From a virus: a stretch of 64,000 nt of DNA. The notes below the pieces were generated by a model. That model made no database searches. It was given only the letters and a program-made list of their open reading frames with translations, and had not been told where the DNA came from. Made by a program: the position numbers and the translations under genes. Shown one piece after another: positions 1-11,000 of this stretch. Each line of letters opens with the position of its first letter. The stretch's first letter is position 1. The stretch covers positions 32,001-96,000 of IMG/VR virus record IMGVR_UViG_3300050190_000082. One strand, 5' to 3'.

Positions 1-3
1 TAT

Positions 4-180
4 ATGCAAAAAGTAAGATTTTTACAAGACTTTGGTGCATTTGCGAAGGATTCATTTCGAGTAATTCTAGGAGAAGACGAATTATTTTATCAAGTGCAAA
101 CCGATTTACATAGCTGTCTATCGACATTATTTCATAAAAGCAACAATGGTGTGATATTTCAGGTGGTAGAAAGGAGTTAA
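4..180 (+). CDS. small hypothetical protein (58 aa; may begin before the window)
   Basis: Open frame ATG4..TAA180, followed by the RBS (GAAAGGAG) of the next gene. Confidence 0.5.
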   Translation: MQKVRFLQDFGAFAKDSFRVILGEDELFYQVQTDLHSCLSTLFHKSNNGVIFQVVERS

Positions 181-184
181 CTAT

Positions 185-373
185 ATGAATGCTAAAGACT
201 TAAAAATTGGTGACATTATAGATGCTTATATAGAAGACGAAAAGACACAGAGAGTTATGATAATTGAAGTTGGGGAAGAATTAGTCTATGGGATTAGTAG
301 TGATAATGAGGAATTTGCTATTGAGCCACGAAGTGAAGTTGAGAGAGTTATAGTTAATATTAATGATCTTTAA
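185..373 (+). CDS. hypothetical protein
   Basis: 62-aa ORF with an AAGGAG RBS. Confidence 0.65.
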   Translation: MNAKDLKIGDIIDAYIEDEKTQRVMIIEVGEELVYGISSDNEEFAIEPRSEVERVIVNINDL

Positions 374-400
374 CTAATGTTTGGATGATATATAATATAT

Positions 401-429
401 TTGACTTATGTATAAACAAGTAGTATAAT
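401..429 (+). promoter_or_regulatory. sigma-A promoter for the replication operon
   Basis: TTGACT-N17-TATAAT. Confidence 0.75.
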
Positions 430-593
430 GGGCATATGGAGTTAGGAAATAAATATTTAAAGAAAGGAAGTTTTGGTATTAAGAATACAGGAAACTGTTG
501 GAGACCAGTCAAGTTGAATAAATCACCCCCTCAATATTTTTAGCCTACACTAATTATAAATAATAAAAATATTGAAAGAAGGAATTAATACAT

Positions 594-1781
594 ATGAGCA
601 AGAAAGAAGATAAAAAACCACTAAAAAAGGGTCAATCATTATTTCAACTAATCGGAGAAGCTAAGATTACAGATTTCACATTCAAGATGGATGAGAGTTC
701 TAAGAAGTCAGATTGGATTTACAATGTACTAAATCTTGGTGTTGATTGTGGAGCAGGGAATGTAGTTTACGCAGACTTAATGGGTGGATTTGGATCTGAG
801 AGAGATAACATCCTTTATGTACATGGAAAGAAAGAAAATGATAAGGGTAAACATGTTGATGACTATGATAATAGATACACAATTGCATGGGAAGATCGGT
901 TTGATGAAGAGATTCTTGAAACTATCGGAAATCAATGTTTCTTAACTATTGGACTTGAGAAAGATGATAAAGGCAAGACATTTGCTAAGAAATTCTTATC
1001 TCCATATGATGCAATTGAATATGTTAAAGAGCATCTTGAAAATGGAATGGTTATCAATGTTAAAGGTGTTTTTAAATACACTACATATAATGACTCTATT
1101 CAAGTCAAAAAAGAAATTAATAGTATCTTCTTATCAAAGGTAGATGATGTTTCTAAGTATAAAGCAACATTTACACAAGCTATTCTTCTTGATAAAGATA
1201 GTGTTGGTAAATTGGATAAGGAGAAAGCAATCTATCCTATTTATGCAAGAGTTGTTGACTACACAAAAGAATATAATGGTAAAGAAGTAAAGCAAAATAT
1301 TACATTCAGTAAAACATTCGAATTAGAAGTAGATAAAGAGAAACCTGAGAATACTAAAAAGTTTATTGATAAGGTGTTAAAGGTTAAAAAAGATATCACA
1401 GAAGTTACTATTGAAGGGGATATTGTTGAGGGTCAATCCTTAGTAAATATTACCGAAGCTGATATTCCAGAAGATATCATGGAACTTATTGAAATGGGAG
1501 CTTATACTATGGAAGAAGCAGTAGACAAACTTGCTGTAGGTGGAAGTAAAGAGAAGAAAATGGTAATTCGTAAACCTGCTATTAAGATGGTCGGAAAGGA
1601 AGATGAAAAGAAACCAGTAATTCTTAAAACAGAAGGCGCATACACAGAGGATGATTTATTCTTTGACTTTATGATTGTTGCTGATGAGGAAGAAGAGGAA
1701 GAAGAAACACCTGAAAATACTGAGGAAGAAACAAAAGATGAAGATGACTTATCATGGATGGACGCACTAGACGAAGAGTAG
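594..1781 (+). CDS. putative ssDNA-binding/replication protein (SPbeta YorF position)
   Basis: First gene of the replisome operon; beta-rich with a very acidic C-tail ending DEDDLSWMDALDEE. Confidence 0.55.
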   Translation: MSKKEDKKPLKKGQSLFQLIGEAKITDFTFKMDESSKKSDWIYNVLNLGVDCGAGNVVYADLMGGFGSERDNILYVHGKKENDKGKHVDDYDNRYTIAWEDRFDEEILETIGNQCFLTIGLEKDDKGKTFAKKFLSPYDAIEYVKEHLENGMVINVKGVFKYTTYNDSIQVKKEINSIFLSKVDDVSKYKATFTQAILLDKDSVGKLDKEKAIYPIYARVVDYTKEYNGKEVKQNITFSKTFELEVDKEKPENTKKFIDKVLKVKKDITEVTIEGDIVEGQSLVNITEADIPEDIMELIEMGAYTMEEAVDKLAVGGSKEKKMVIRKPAIKMVGKEDEKKPVILKTEGAYTEDDLFFDFMIVADEEEEEEETPENTEEETKDEDDLSWMDALDEE

Positions 1782-1856
1782 GATTTAAATACTTTGGAGA
1801 GGGATATACCTTCTCCAAAGTGATATATAATATAATAATTGAAAGAAGGAATTTAA

Positions 1857-2993
1857 TTGTCAGGAAGAAAATTCGGTAAGAAAAATGTAATCAAGGTAGA
1901 CCCTTTAGCTTATAATTTAGGACTCATTGGAGAAAGTGGTATTGGTAAAACTACTCTCGCAAAAGAAGTATGTGAAAAACTTGTTGGTGAAAATGGTTAT
2001 ATGATTTTTAATATCGGAAAAGAGGATGGTATTGATGCCATCGCAGGAGCTATTTATGAAGACATTCCAGATTGGGATGCTTTTGAAGAAGTTACAGACG
2101 ATATTTTAGAGAATAAACTTACAGATTATAAGGATTTAAAAGTTATTATCTATGATACATTAGATGAATTATTCGAAATCGCTGAACCTGAAGTAATTCG
2201 TTTACATAATCGTGAAAATCCAGAAAAACCAACTCAATCAATTAAGGCTACTTTTGGTGGATATATGGCAGGAGAAGATAAGGCTGCTGAGATTATCCTA
2301 ACTAGAATGTGGGAACTTAAAAAGATTGGAGTTAGTATGTTTATCATTGGTCACACAAAAAAGAGGACAATGACAGACGTTGCTACAGGACTTGAATATG
2401 ATATGTTGACTACTAATATGTCACATAGGTATTTTAGTGCATTAAAGACAAAATTACATGTACTAGGAGTAGGTTCTATTGATAGGGAAATTACACAAAC
2501 TAAAACAGGAAGAAAAGTAGGTAAGGGCAAAGATAAAAAGGACGAAATCAAAGGGTCTATTGAAAATGAAACAAGGAAGATTACATTCAGAGATGATAAT
2601 TTCAACATAGATTCTAAATCAAGATTTTCTGAAATCGTTGATTCAATTGCTTTTAGTGCAGATGAATTTATCAGGGCAGTAGAAGAAGCTATTAAAATTG
2701 AGCATGATAAACAATCAGGTACTAAATCAATCGAAGATACTAAGGTAGAACAAGCAGAAGAAAAAGAAAAGATTGATGAAAAGAATGCAACTGAGAAGAA
2801 AGAGGAATTTGAATCAAAAGAAGTAGATCAACTTATTGCAATGATTACTAGTTTTGTTAAGGCTAACAAGACTAATCCACAATTATTAAAACCATTGCTC
2901 CTAAAAAGCAAAGAGTTAGGATATGTGAATCCTACAAAAGTAGATAACTTGAAAGATGCAAATATCTTATTCGATTTAATTGACGGTAAATAA
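1857..2993 (+). CDS. AAA-family NTPase (Sak4/YorG-like)
   Basis: Walker A GESGIGKT, IIYDT Walker B, IGH motif; synteny with SSB and helicase. Confidence 0.7.
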   Translation: MSGRKFGKKNVIKVDPLAYNLGLIGESGIGKTTLAKEVCEKLVGENGYMIFNIGKEDGIDAIAGAIYEDIPDWDAFEEVTDDILENKLTDYKDLKVIIYDTLDELFEIAEPEVIRLHNRENPEKPTQSIKATFGGYMAGEDKAAEIILTRMWELKKIGVSMFIIGHTKKRTMTDVATGLEYDMLTTNMSHRYFSALKTKLHVLGVGSIDREITQTKTGRKVGKGKDKKDEIKGSIENETRKITFRDDNFNIDSKSRFSEIVDSIAFSADEFIRAVEEAIKIEHDKQSGTKSIEDTKVEQAEEKEKIDEKNATEKKEEFESKEVDQLIAMITSFVKANKTNPQLLKPLLLKSKELGYVNPTKVDNLKDANILFDLIDGK

Positions 2994-3049
2994 ATTATAG
3001 TTATTAGGGAGGGAGTATATTCCTCCCTAAACTTTACAGAGGTGATAGT

Positions 3050-3502
3050 ATGTCTAAACCAAGGAAAGACCAAGACTGGTGCGACCTTTATGAATATGTA
3101 AAAAAGGAAATTATGGGATATTCTGAAGACTTAAAATTACCTAGCTATATGATATTGAGGTTAAAAGGTCTTAGTGAAGGTAAATTTCTTGCTAATAAAA
3201 AGGTTACACCTATGGCTAGTTATGATTTTACGACAATTTTATACACATTTAAAGCATATAGACAAAACATTATAGGTGGATTTAGAGCAAATAATACGAA
3301 ATTTACAGGAGAACAACACAAATTCAATTATGCTTTAGTTATTATCGAAAGCAATATTAATGATATGGTTATTAGATTGAAAAACGCAAAGTCAGCAAAG
3401 GACAAAGCAAAAAATATAGAGATGGATAATATCTTTCATGAAGGTGCTGAATACAAAACAAAGACTAAAGAAACCAGCAATGCATTAAAGGATCTATGGT
3501 AA
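3050..3502 (+). CDS. hypothetical replication protein (YorH position, possible helicase partner)
   Basis: 150-aa ORF with RBS GAGGTG directly before the helicase. Confidence 0.5.
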   Translation: MSKPRKDQDWCDLYEYVKKEIMGYSEDLKLPSYMILRLKGLSEGKFLANKKVTPMASYDFTTILYTFKAYRQNIIGGFRANNTKFTGEQHKFNYALVIIESNINDMVIRLKNAKSAKDKAKNIEMDNIFHEGAEYKTKTKETSNALKDLW

Positions 3503-3509
3503 AAGGTAG

Positions 3510-5030
3510 GTGACAACTATTACAGAAAGTAAGACGAAGACTACAAAGAAACTTACAGCATTTGAAGAAGAAACGATAAAAACTACTAAAGTGATTATGA
3601 CTTATAAACTAGCATGTGAAGCCAATATTGTTTCAATATGTTGGTCAATGCCAGAAATGTATTATACATATGATAAATTAAACAATAAATTATTTAATAG
3701 TAATTGTTGGAAGGTCTACTTTCAAATAGGTTATGACATCGTAATTAAGGAAAAGAAGCAAGTGCTTGATGATATTACTGTTGGGTTGTATCTTGAAAAG
3801 CATTTAAAACTCAAAGAGCAGTATGAAAAATACAAAGGTTATGAGACAATTGATAACGCAAAAGCATATGTAAAGACGGATAATATGGATGGATATATCA
3901 ATGAACTTTATAAATGGAATGCTGTGTTAGATTTATTGAAGAGAAAGTTTGCAATTTCCGATAGAATTAAAGACTTTGTGGATATGACATCGGAAGAAAT
4001 ATATGATGAATTTGAAGCAGTATTAAATCATGTGTTTGTTAATGTAGAGGGTAATGACTTCACCTATGACATTGCAGATGGTCTAGATGAGTTAATTGAG
4101 GAATTAGATCAAGGAACTGCAATAGGACTTCCATTACATAATGCACCAATTTTAAACAAAGAAATAGGCGGTAATCTTGAAGGGAATATTACTTTAGTTG
4201 GAGGTCTTAGTGGGGCAGGAAAGACAGCTATGAGTAGGACATTAATTATTCCAAGCATTATAGAGCATAAAGAAAAAATCGTAATCATGATAAACGAGGA
4301 AGGCAAAAAGAAATGGCAGAGGGAAATGCTAGTTTACATAGCCAATAATGTTTTTAAAGAAGATTTACAAAAATATGTTGTAAGAGACGGTAAATACAAA
4401 AAGGAAACCAAGGAATTATTACAAAAATGTTCTGAGTGGTTAAGACAATACAAAAATAATATTATTCTAAAACCATTCACTCAATATACTACTGCTAAAG
4501 CAATTAAGACAATTAAAAAATACTCCAGTATGGGTGTTAAATACTTTATTCTTGACACTTATAAAGCAGATGCAAACACTTCAAGTACAGAGGCATTTTG
4601 GTTCAGTATGCAACAGAATATGGTTGAGATAAACGATGTTATCAAAGCAGAAGCAAAAAATGTACATATTTGGATTACATTTCAGTTAAGTAAGGGTAGT
4701 TCTAAGCAGAGATATTATGATCAAGATAATATTGGTATGGCTAAAAATATTGTAGACGTGGCTTCAACTTGTCTTATGATTAGAAAGATATTTGATGATG
4801 AGTTAGAAGGTGGCAAAAGAGAGTTAGACGTTTACAAAAAAGAAAAAAGGCAAGGTAATATAGAATCACAAATACCTGTAAAATTAAAGAAAGGTAAGAA
4901 TTATCAGTTGATATTCATCGTTAAGAATCGTGAAGGTAGTACAAATGATTATCAGATAGTCGTGGAGCACGACCTTTCAAGAAATACATATAAAGAAATC
5001 GGTTATACTGTTGTCCCAGTAGACTTCTAG
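3510..5030 (+). CDS. DnaB-like replicative helicase
   Basis: Walker A GGLSGAGKT, FILDT Walker B, TFQL and KNREG motifs. Confidence 0.85.
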   Translation: MTTITESKTKTTKKLTAFEEETIKTTKVIMTYKLACEANIVSICWSMPEMYYTYDKLNNKLFNSNCWKVYFQIGYDIVIKEKKQVLDDITVGLYLEKHLKLKEQYEKYKGYETIDNAKAYVKTDNMDGYINELYKWNAVLDLLKRKFAISDRIKDFVDMTSEEIYDEFEAVLNHVFVNVEGNDFTYDIADGLDELIEELDQGTAIGLPLHNAPILNKEIGGNLEGNITLVGGLSGAGKTAMSRTLIIPSIIEHKEKIVIMINEEGKKKWQREMLVYIANNVFKEDLQKYVVRDGKYKKETKELLQKCSEWLRQYKNNIILKPFTQYTTAKAIKTIKKYSSMGVKYFILDTYKADANTSSTEAFWFSMQQNMVEINDVIKAEAKNVHIWITFQLSKGSSKQRYYDQDNIGMAKNIVDVASTCLMIRKIFDDELEGGKRELDVYKKEKRQGNIESQIPVKLKKGKNYQLIFIVKNREGSTNDYQIVVEHDLSRNTYKEIGYTVVPVDF

Positions 5031-5051
5031 AGAAAGGAGATTTATAAATAT

Positions 5052-5840
5052 ATGAAAAGAGTAAAAGATTTGACTGGTAATGTCTATGGGAAACTAACCG
5101 TAATTAAATTATCTCATATCAATAAAAAATATGAAAAATGTTGGACTGTTCAATGTGACTGCGAAGATAAAACAGAGTTTAGTTTAAGAGGAAGTAGTTT
5201 AACAAGTGGAAGAACTAAATCTTGTGGATGTTTAACTAGGAAAGCTACGTCAGAAAGACAATTAAAATTAAATATATATGATCTTACAGGGGAATATGGA
5301 ATTGGATATACCACAAAAGGGGAAGAATTTTACTTCGATTTAGAAGACTATGATAAAATTAAAGAATATTGTTGGTATATTGATAAGACAGGATATGTAA
5401 GAACAAATAGGGTTACTCCTAATTTAAAATTTCATACGCTTATATTAAATGAAAGATTAGTTGATCATATTGATGGGATAACAAATAATAATAGAAAATA
5501 CAATTTGAGATCAGCTAATGAAATGCAAAATGCACAAAATGCTCGATTGCGAACAGATAATACCTCTGGGGTAAAAGGTGTTAAATGGTTTAAACCAACT
5601 TCAATATGGATGGCACAAATTAATTATAATAATACAAGATATCACTTAGGTTATTTTGAATTTATTGAAGATGCAAAAAAAGTTAGGGAAATATCTGAGT
5701 TATATTTATTTGCTGAATATTCAAGGAGGTATAAAGAACTAAATATAATATATAAAGATATTAATCTTGACGATTTTGTAAAAAAATATATTCCTAAGAT
5801 ATATAACTTAAAAAAAGATAAAATTGATGTAGCGTTATGA
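5052..5840 (+). CDS. free-standing HNH homing endonuclease with AP2-like domain
   Basis: DLTG..YGKLTV/CDC/SCGC N-terminus, VDHIDG..NNRKYNLR HNH motif, SGVKGV..W.AQI..LGYF AP2 motif. Confidence 0.85.
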   Translation: MKRVKDLTGNVYGKLTVIKLSHINKKYEKCWTVQCDCEDKTEFSLRGSSLTSGRTKSCGCLTRKATSERQLKLNIYDLTGEYGIGYTTKGEEFYFDLEDYDKIKEYCWYIDKTGYVRTNRVTPNLKFHTLILNERLVDHIDGITNNNRKYNLRSANEMQNAQNARLRTDNTSGVKGVKWFKPTSIWMAQINYNNTRYHLGYFEFIEDAKKVREISELYLFAEYSRRYKELNIIYKDINLDDFVKKYIPKIYNLKKDKIDVAL

Positions 5841-6919
5841 CTATTATTGAAATCAAAAATCACATATTAGAAAATGAAAAAATTGAATTTATTCTCAAAG
5901 AGATAAAATGTCATGATATTAAATATCATAAAAAGGGATATTATACTTTCTCAAATTCAGATGGTGACAATAAAAATGCAGTAATTTTATACAATGATGA
6001 GAGTCTTAAATGTATTAATTACACAAGAAATATGAATGATAATAAATGTTCGGATTTGATCACTTTGGTCGGTTTTAATATGAATTTATCCTTTATAGAT
6101 TCTTTAAAATTCTTACATAAAATTTTGAAATTAGATTTCAAATTCCAAACAAAAAATATAGAAATAAATAAAAAAGATCCTTTAGAAATATTTAAGAAAA
6201 TAAAGAGAAAAAGACATACAATAAGTGAAGATATTGAAATATATGACGATAGTATTATTAAGGAATACATACAACTACCTCATATAGATTGGATACGTGA
6301 GGATGGCATTATGCCATTTACTTGCAACAAATTTAAGATAGGTTATAGTGCTGATAGAAAGAGAATAATTATTCCTCATCGGTGGTGGTGTGGTGATGAA
6401 AATGATTTCGTTGGCATTATGGGAAGGACTACAATTAAGGAATGGAAATTGCTTGACATACCTAAATATTTACCACTCAAAGCGTTCCCTAAAAGTATGA
6501 ACATATATGGTCTGCAAGAAAACTATCAGACAATACAAGAAGCAGGATATTGTGTCGTTTACGAAGCTGAAAAATCGACACTCAAGCGTCATAGCAGGAA
6601 TGATGGCACTGGAGTTGCAGTATGTTGTCATGACGTTTCTGATGAGCAAGTAAAGATACTGATTGGGTTAAATGTTGACGTAGTTATTGCTTTTGACAAG
6701 GGTATTTCAATAGAGCATATAAGAAGTACGTGTGATCGTTTTTATGGAGTCAGGACTGTTTATTACATATTTGATAAATATGACATACTTGAGGACAAAA
6801 TGAGTCCTGCGGATGCTACTAACAAAATTTTTAACTATCTGTTAAAATATAAAACACTATATGATGAGAAAGAAAGAAGGAAACATTTAGAATGGCTAGA
6901 AAAACTGGAGAAGAATTAG
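5837..6919 (+). CDS. DNA primase (TOPRIM)
   Basis: IIIPH..GIMGR, YGL, VYEAEKS and AFDKG TOPRIM motifs; lies between helicase and polymerase. Confidence 0.8.
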   Translation: MTIIEIKNHILENEKIEFILKEIKCHDIKYHKKGYYTFSNSDGDNKNAVILYNDESLKCINYTRNMNDNKCSDLITLVGFNMNLSFIDSLKFLHKILKLDFKFQTKNIEINKKDPLEIFKKIKRKRHTISEDIEIYDDSIIKEYIQLPHIDWIREDGIMPFTCNKFKIGYSADRKRIIIPHRWWCGDENDFVGIMGRTTIKEWKLLDIPKYLPLKAFPKSMNIYGLQENYQTIQEAGYCVVYEAEKSTLKRHSRNDGTGVAVCCHDVSDEQVKILIGLNVDVVIAFDKGISIEHIRSTCDRFYGVRTVYYIFDKYDILEDKMSPADATNKIFNYLLKYKTLYDEKERRKHLEWLEKLEKN

Positions 6920-8034
6920 AAGCGATTAAGAAGAAACTTAATGTCAGTAAACTTTGGAGTTGGAGTAGATACAATAACTACAAAAACAGTTCCTATGAAT
7001 ATTACCTTAAATACATAGCAAAAGTTAAAGAAGACAGAGATGATGCGATTTATGGTGTCAGTGGGAACGCGTGTCATACTATTTTAGAGAACTTTTATTC
7101 TAAGCAAATTAAGTATGATGATATGTTACAAGCATATGAAGACGCATTATTTACATTCAATTCAGGTGAATTGAAATATGATAGAACAAATGAAGAAAAG
7201 AATAATAATATAGCAAAAAAATATGAAAGTTCTATTAGACATTTCTTCAGTAATCATGATATAATAAATAAGAAAGTAGAGATAGAAAAATTCATTACAA
7301 TAAAGATTAACAAATTTGTTTTCCAGGGATATATTGACTTTATACATAAAGAAGATGGTTGTTTTATTATCACAGACTGGAAAACATCTAGTATTTACAC
7401 TGGAAAGAAGATTAATAAGGAGAAAGGACAGTTAGTTCTATATGCAGAAGGAATTAAACAACTAGGAGTCCCTTTAGAAAAGATAAAGATTAGATGGGAT
7501 TTTCTTAAATATGTGACGGTAGAGGTTTTACAAGCTAACGGTAAAATTACTGAGAGGAATATTGCTAGAAATATAATTGGTACTAGTCTGGTTTCAAATG
7601 CTAAGATGTGGTTAAAGAAAGAGAAATGTTACTCTGAAGAAGAAATTGATTCATATTTAGAATTATTGTCTATGACAAATGATTTATCTTGTCTTCCAGA
7701 CAATGTACAGTCTAAATATAAAGTTAAAGATTGCTTTGTATATATTCCTTTTACACAAGATGAAATTGACAATTTGAAAGCAGATATCGTTGATACTATC
7801 GTTGAAATTAGTAAAAAAGAGAGTGAATACCTTAAAACAAAGGATGAAAACGTATGGTGGGAGGAAATTAGTGATGCAGAATCATACTTCTTTGCAAACC
7901 TAAGTGGGTATAGTAGTTTCTTACATAAGCCCTATGCGGAATATTTAAATAAAAGAATGTCATTTAATAATTCTCAAGATAGTAAGGTAGATGATGAGGA
8001 TGACTTAAAATGGCTAGAAGGATTACTAGATTAG
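6892..8034 (+). CDS. PD-(D/E)XK nuclease (RecB/Cas4-like exonuclease)
   Basis: SWSR..GNACH..E, GYIDF, ITDWKT and QLVLYA motifs. Confidence 0.8.
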   Translation: MARKTGEELEAIKKKLNVSKLWSWSRYNNYKNSSYEYYLKYIAKVKEDRDDAIYGVSGNACHTILENFYSKQIKYDDMLQAYEDALFTFNSGELKYDRTNEEKNNNIAKKYESSIRHFFSNHDIINKKVEIEKFITIKINKFVFQGYIDFIHKEDGCFIITDWKTSSIYTGKKINKEKGQLVLYAEGIKQLGVPLEKIKIRWDFLKYVTVEVLQANGKITERNIARNIIGTSLVSNAKMWLKKEKCYSEEEIDSYLELLSMTNDLSCLPDNVQSKYKVKDCFVYIPFTQDEIDNLKADIVDTIVEISKKESEYLKTKDENVWWEEISDAESYFFANLSGYSSFLHKPYAEYLNKRMSFNNSQDSKVDDEDDLKWLEGLLD

Positions 8035-8045
8035 GAGGACTTATT

Positions 8046-11000
8046 TTGGATAATTTTACAGTTTATCACCTTCATGACGATACAAGTAATTGCAATGGTT
8101 ATGCAGATTCATGCTCTAATTATAAGGAATATATAAAATTGGCTAAAAAACAGAGCATGAAGTCAATTGCATTCTCCAATCACGGAGGAATGTACGATTG
8201 GATGAAGAAAAAACAGGATTGTGATAAAGCAGGGATTAAATATATACATGGTATTGAAGCGTATCTATGTACTAAATTTGAATCAGATGAAAGAGGATAC
8301 CATATTGGATTATATGCTAAAAACTATGAAGGGGTATTGGAGTTAAATTCATTAAATTCTAAATCTACATCCAAAGGCAAACTAGATGATAAAACTGATA
8401 GACGTATGTATTATAATCCTAGAATATCTCTTGAAGAATTAATGAATACAAGCGAGAATATTATTGTTACAACTGCTTGTTTAGCTTCGATCTTATGGAG
8501 AAAAAAAAATGACGAGGATGATTATGTACTGACGTTCCTTGAATGGATGTCTAAGAATAGTCATAGATGTTTTTTAGAGATCCAATATCACATTCATATA
8601 CAACAAGTTGAATATAATATGTTATTATGGAATTGGAGCAAACAATATAATATACCTCTAATTGCAGGTACGGATACACATTCATCTTCAAAATACAAAG
8701 CTGAATGCAGAAAAATTCTTCAAATATCAAAGGATAGTTTTTATGGAGATGAAGATGCGTTTGATTTAACGTGGAAGACCTTCGATGAATTAGTTGAATG
8801 TTTTAAAACCCAAAATGCATTACCAGAAGATGTGTGGATGTGTGCTATAGAAAATACAAACAAACTCGCTGATATGGTAGAGGAGTTTAAATTAGATAAA
8901 TCATTCAAATACCCTAATCTATATGGTGATAATGCAATAGATGTTTGGAAGAAATCTATTGGAAAGAAACTACAATATAAAGTTGTCAATAAAATAATTG
9001 ATGTTAAACGTATTGGGGAGTATAAATTAAAGATAAAAGAAGAATTCTCTGCTATGAAGAAACAAAACATGGAAAGTTTCATGATGTTTATGGCAGAGCT
9101 GGTTGATTATTGTAATAAAAATGATATTCCGTATGGTTTTTGTCGTGGTTCTGTTGGTGGTAGTGAAATTGCCTTTATTACAGATATTACTGATGTAGAT
9201 CCTCTAAGGTGGAATACTGTATTCTCAAGGTTCTGTAATGCAGAAAGGGTTTCTCTTGCGGATATTGACATAGATTTTGCGCCAGAAGACCGTGTAAAAG
9301 TTTATGAATTTATCATCAATAGATTTACACCTGAGAAAACCGCATATATATCATCGTTTTTAACATTGAAAGATAGAGGAACTATTGACGCATTAGCTAA
9401 AGGTTTAAAATATGAAGACTTAGATGAAGTAATGGGTATTAAAAATCAATTTGATAAGCTGTTTGATGAGTATTCTAAGATTATTCAAGAGGAGGTTAAC
9501 TTAGAAGAATTAGAAGAGGTGGATTCTAAGTCTGTTGACTTTGACTATCACGATGTTTATTGTAACAGAATAAGAAATATTAAGTCTTTAACTAGAGCAA
9601 ATAATTTAAAGAAGGAATTTCAAAATCTTAAAGATAGTAATAAGGATTTATTTTATTACTTTGATGGATTAAAAGGAACTATTATTGCAAAGGGCACTCA
9701 CCCAGCAGGTATTATTGGATCGCCTATTACACTTGCCGATAACTTAGGTGTTTATTACAAGAATGGAGATGAGTCTCAACCTGTATCAATATGTGCTATG
9801 AAAGCAGTAGACTCAGTGAACTTTGTTAAATTTGATATTCTAGGACTAAAAGCTGTTGGTATTATGAAAGATATATACAAATATATTAATTCTAATTATC
9901 TAAAAGCTCATGAAATTGATTGGAACGATAATAATGTTTGGGACAATATGGTTACATCAAGTGTTGGAGTCTTCCAATTTGAAGGTGATTATGCTTACTC
10001 GTTACTTAAAGACTTCAAACCGCGCTTTATTAATGATATGTCTTTGGTAAACGCTGCACTGCGTCCATCTGGAAAATCGTACAGGGATAGACTGATTAGA
10101 AAAGAACTTAATGTAAATCCTTCAGAACAATTAGATACTTTATTGCAAGATAATTATGGTTATCTGGTTTATCAGGAAGACACTATTAAATTCTTAACTG
10201 ATATTTGTGGTTTTAGTGGGTCTTTAGCAGACACTACAAGAAGAGCAATTGGAAAAAAAGATATTGTCTTACTTACTGAGCAACTACCAAAGATACTTGA
10301 AGGATATTGTAATAAGTCTAATAAACCAAGAGAAGAAGCAGAAGAAGAGGTAAAACAATTCCTTCAAATCATTGATGATAGTTCGGAATATCAATTTGGA
10401 TATAATCATTCCACGGGTTACAGTATGAATGGGTACGCAGAGACTAGACTAAGAACCTACTACCCTTTAGAATTTGTTACAGCATACTTAAATAGATCAG
10501 AAAACACTGAGGATACCAATAGAGGTATAGCACTTGCACAACAATTAAATATTAAGATTAATCCTATTTCATTTGGAAAATCAGTTGCAGAATATACATA
10601 TGATAAAAAAGAAAACAGTATCTACAAAGGTATTGCATCAATTAAATTTCTTAATGAACAAGTCCCAACTGAATTATATGCTTTAGCACAACAAAAGGAT
10701 TATGTAGATTTTATTGATTTACTGAGCGATATAAAAACCACTTGTGTAAATACTAGACAACTTAAAATTCTAACAGGATTGAATTTCTTTAGAAAGTTTG
10801 GTAAAAATAAAAAACTTCTACACATTATAGAATTATTTGACAAACTTGCTTCATGTAAACAAATTAACTTCAAGAATATTTCCAAACTTAATATTAATGA
10901 AAAAATGTTGCAAAAATATAGTAATAAAACAACGGAAACATTGTACAAAGAACTAGATATGATGGGATATATCAGAGAAGTAATTCAAACTTTTGAAGAT

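Noticed and set aside
1791-3030. GC-rich hairpins after the SSB-like and AAA genes
   Set aside because: No U-tract; probably ordinary mRNA-stabilising or processing stems
6892-8034. Cas4 as evidence of a CRISPR system
   Set aside because: No Fe-S cysteine set, array or other cas genes; the replisome context indicates a phage exonuclease
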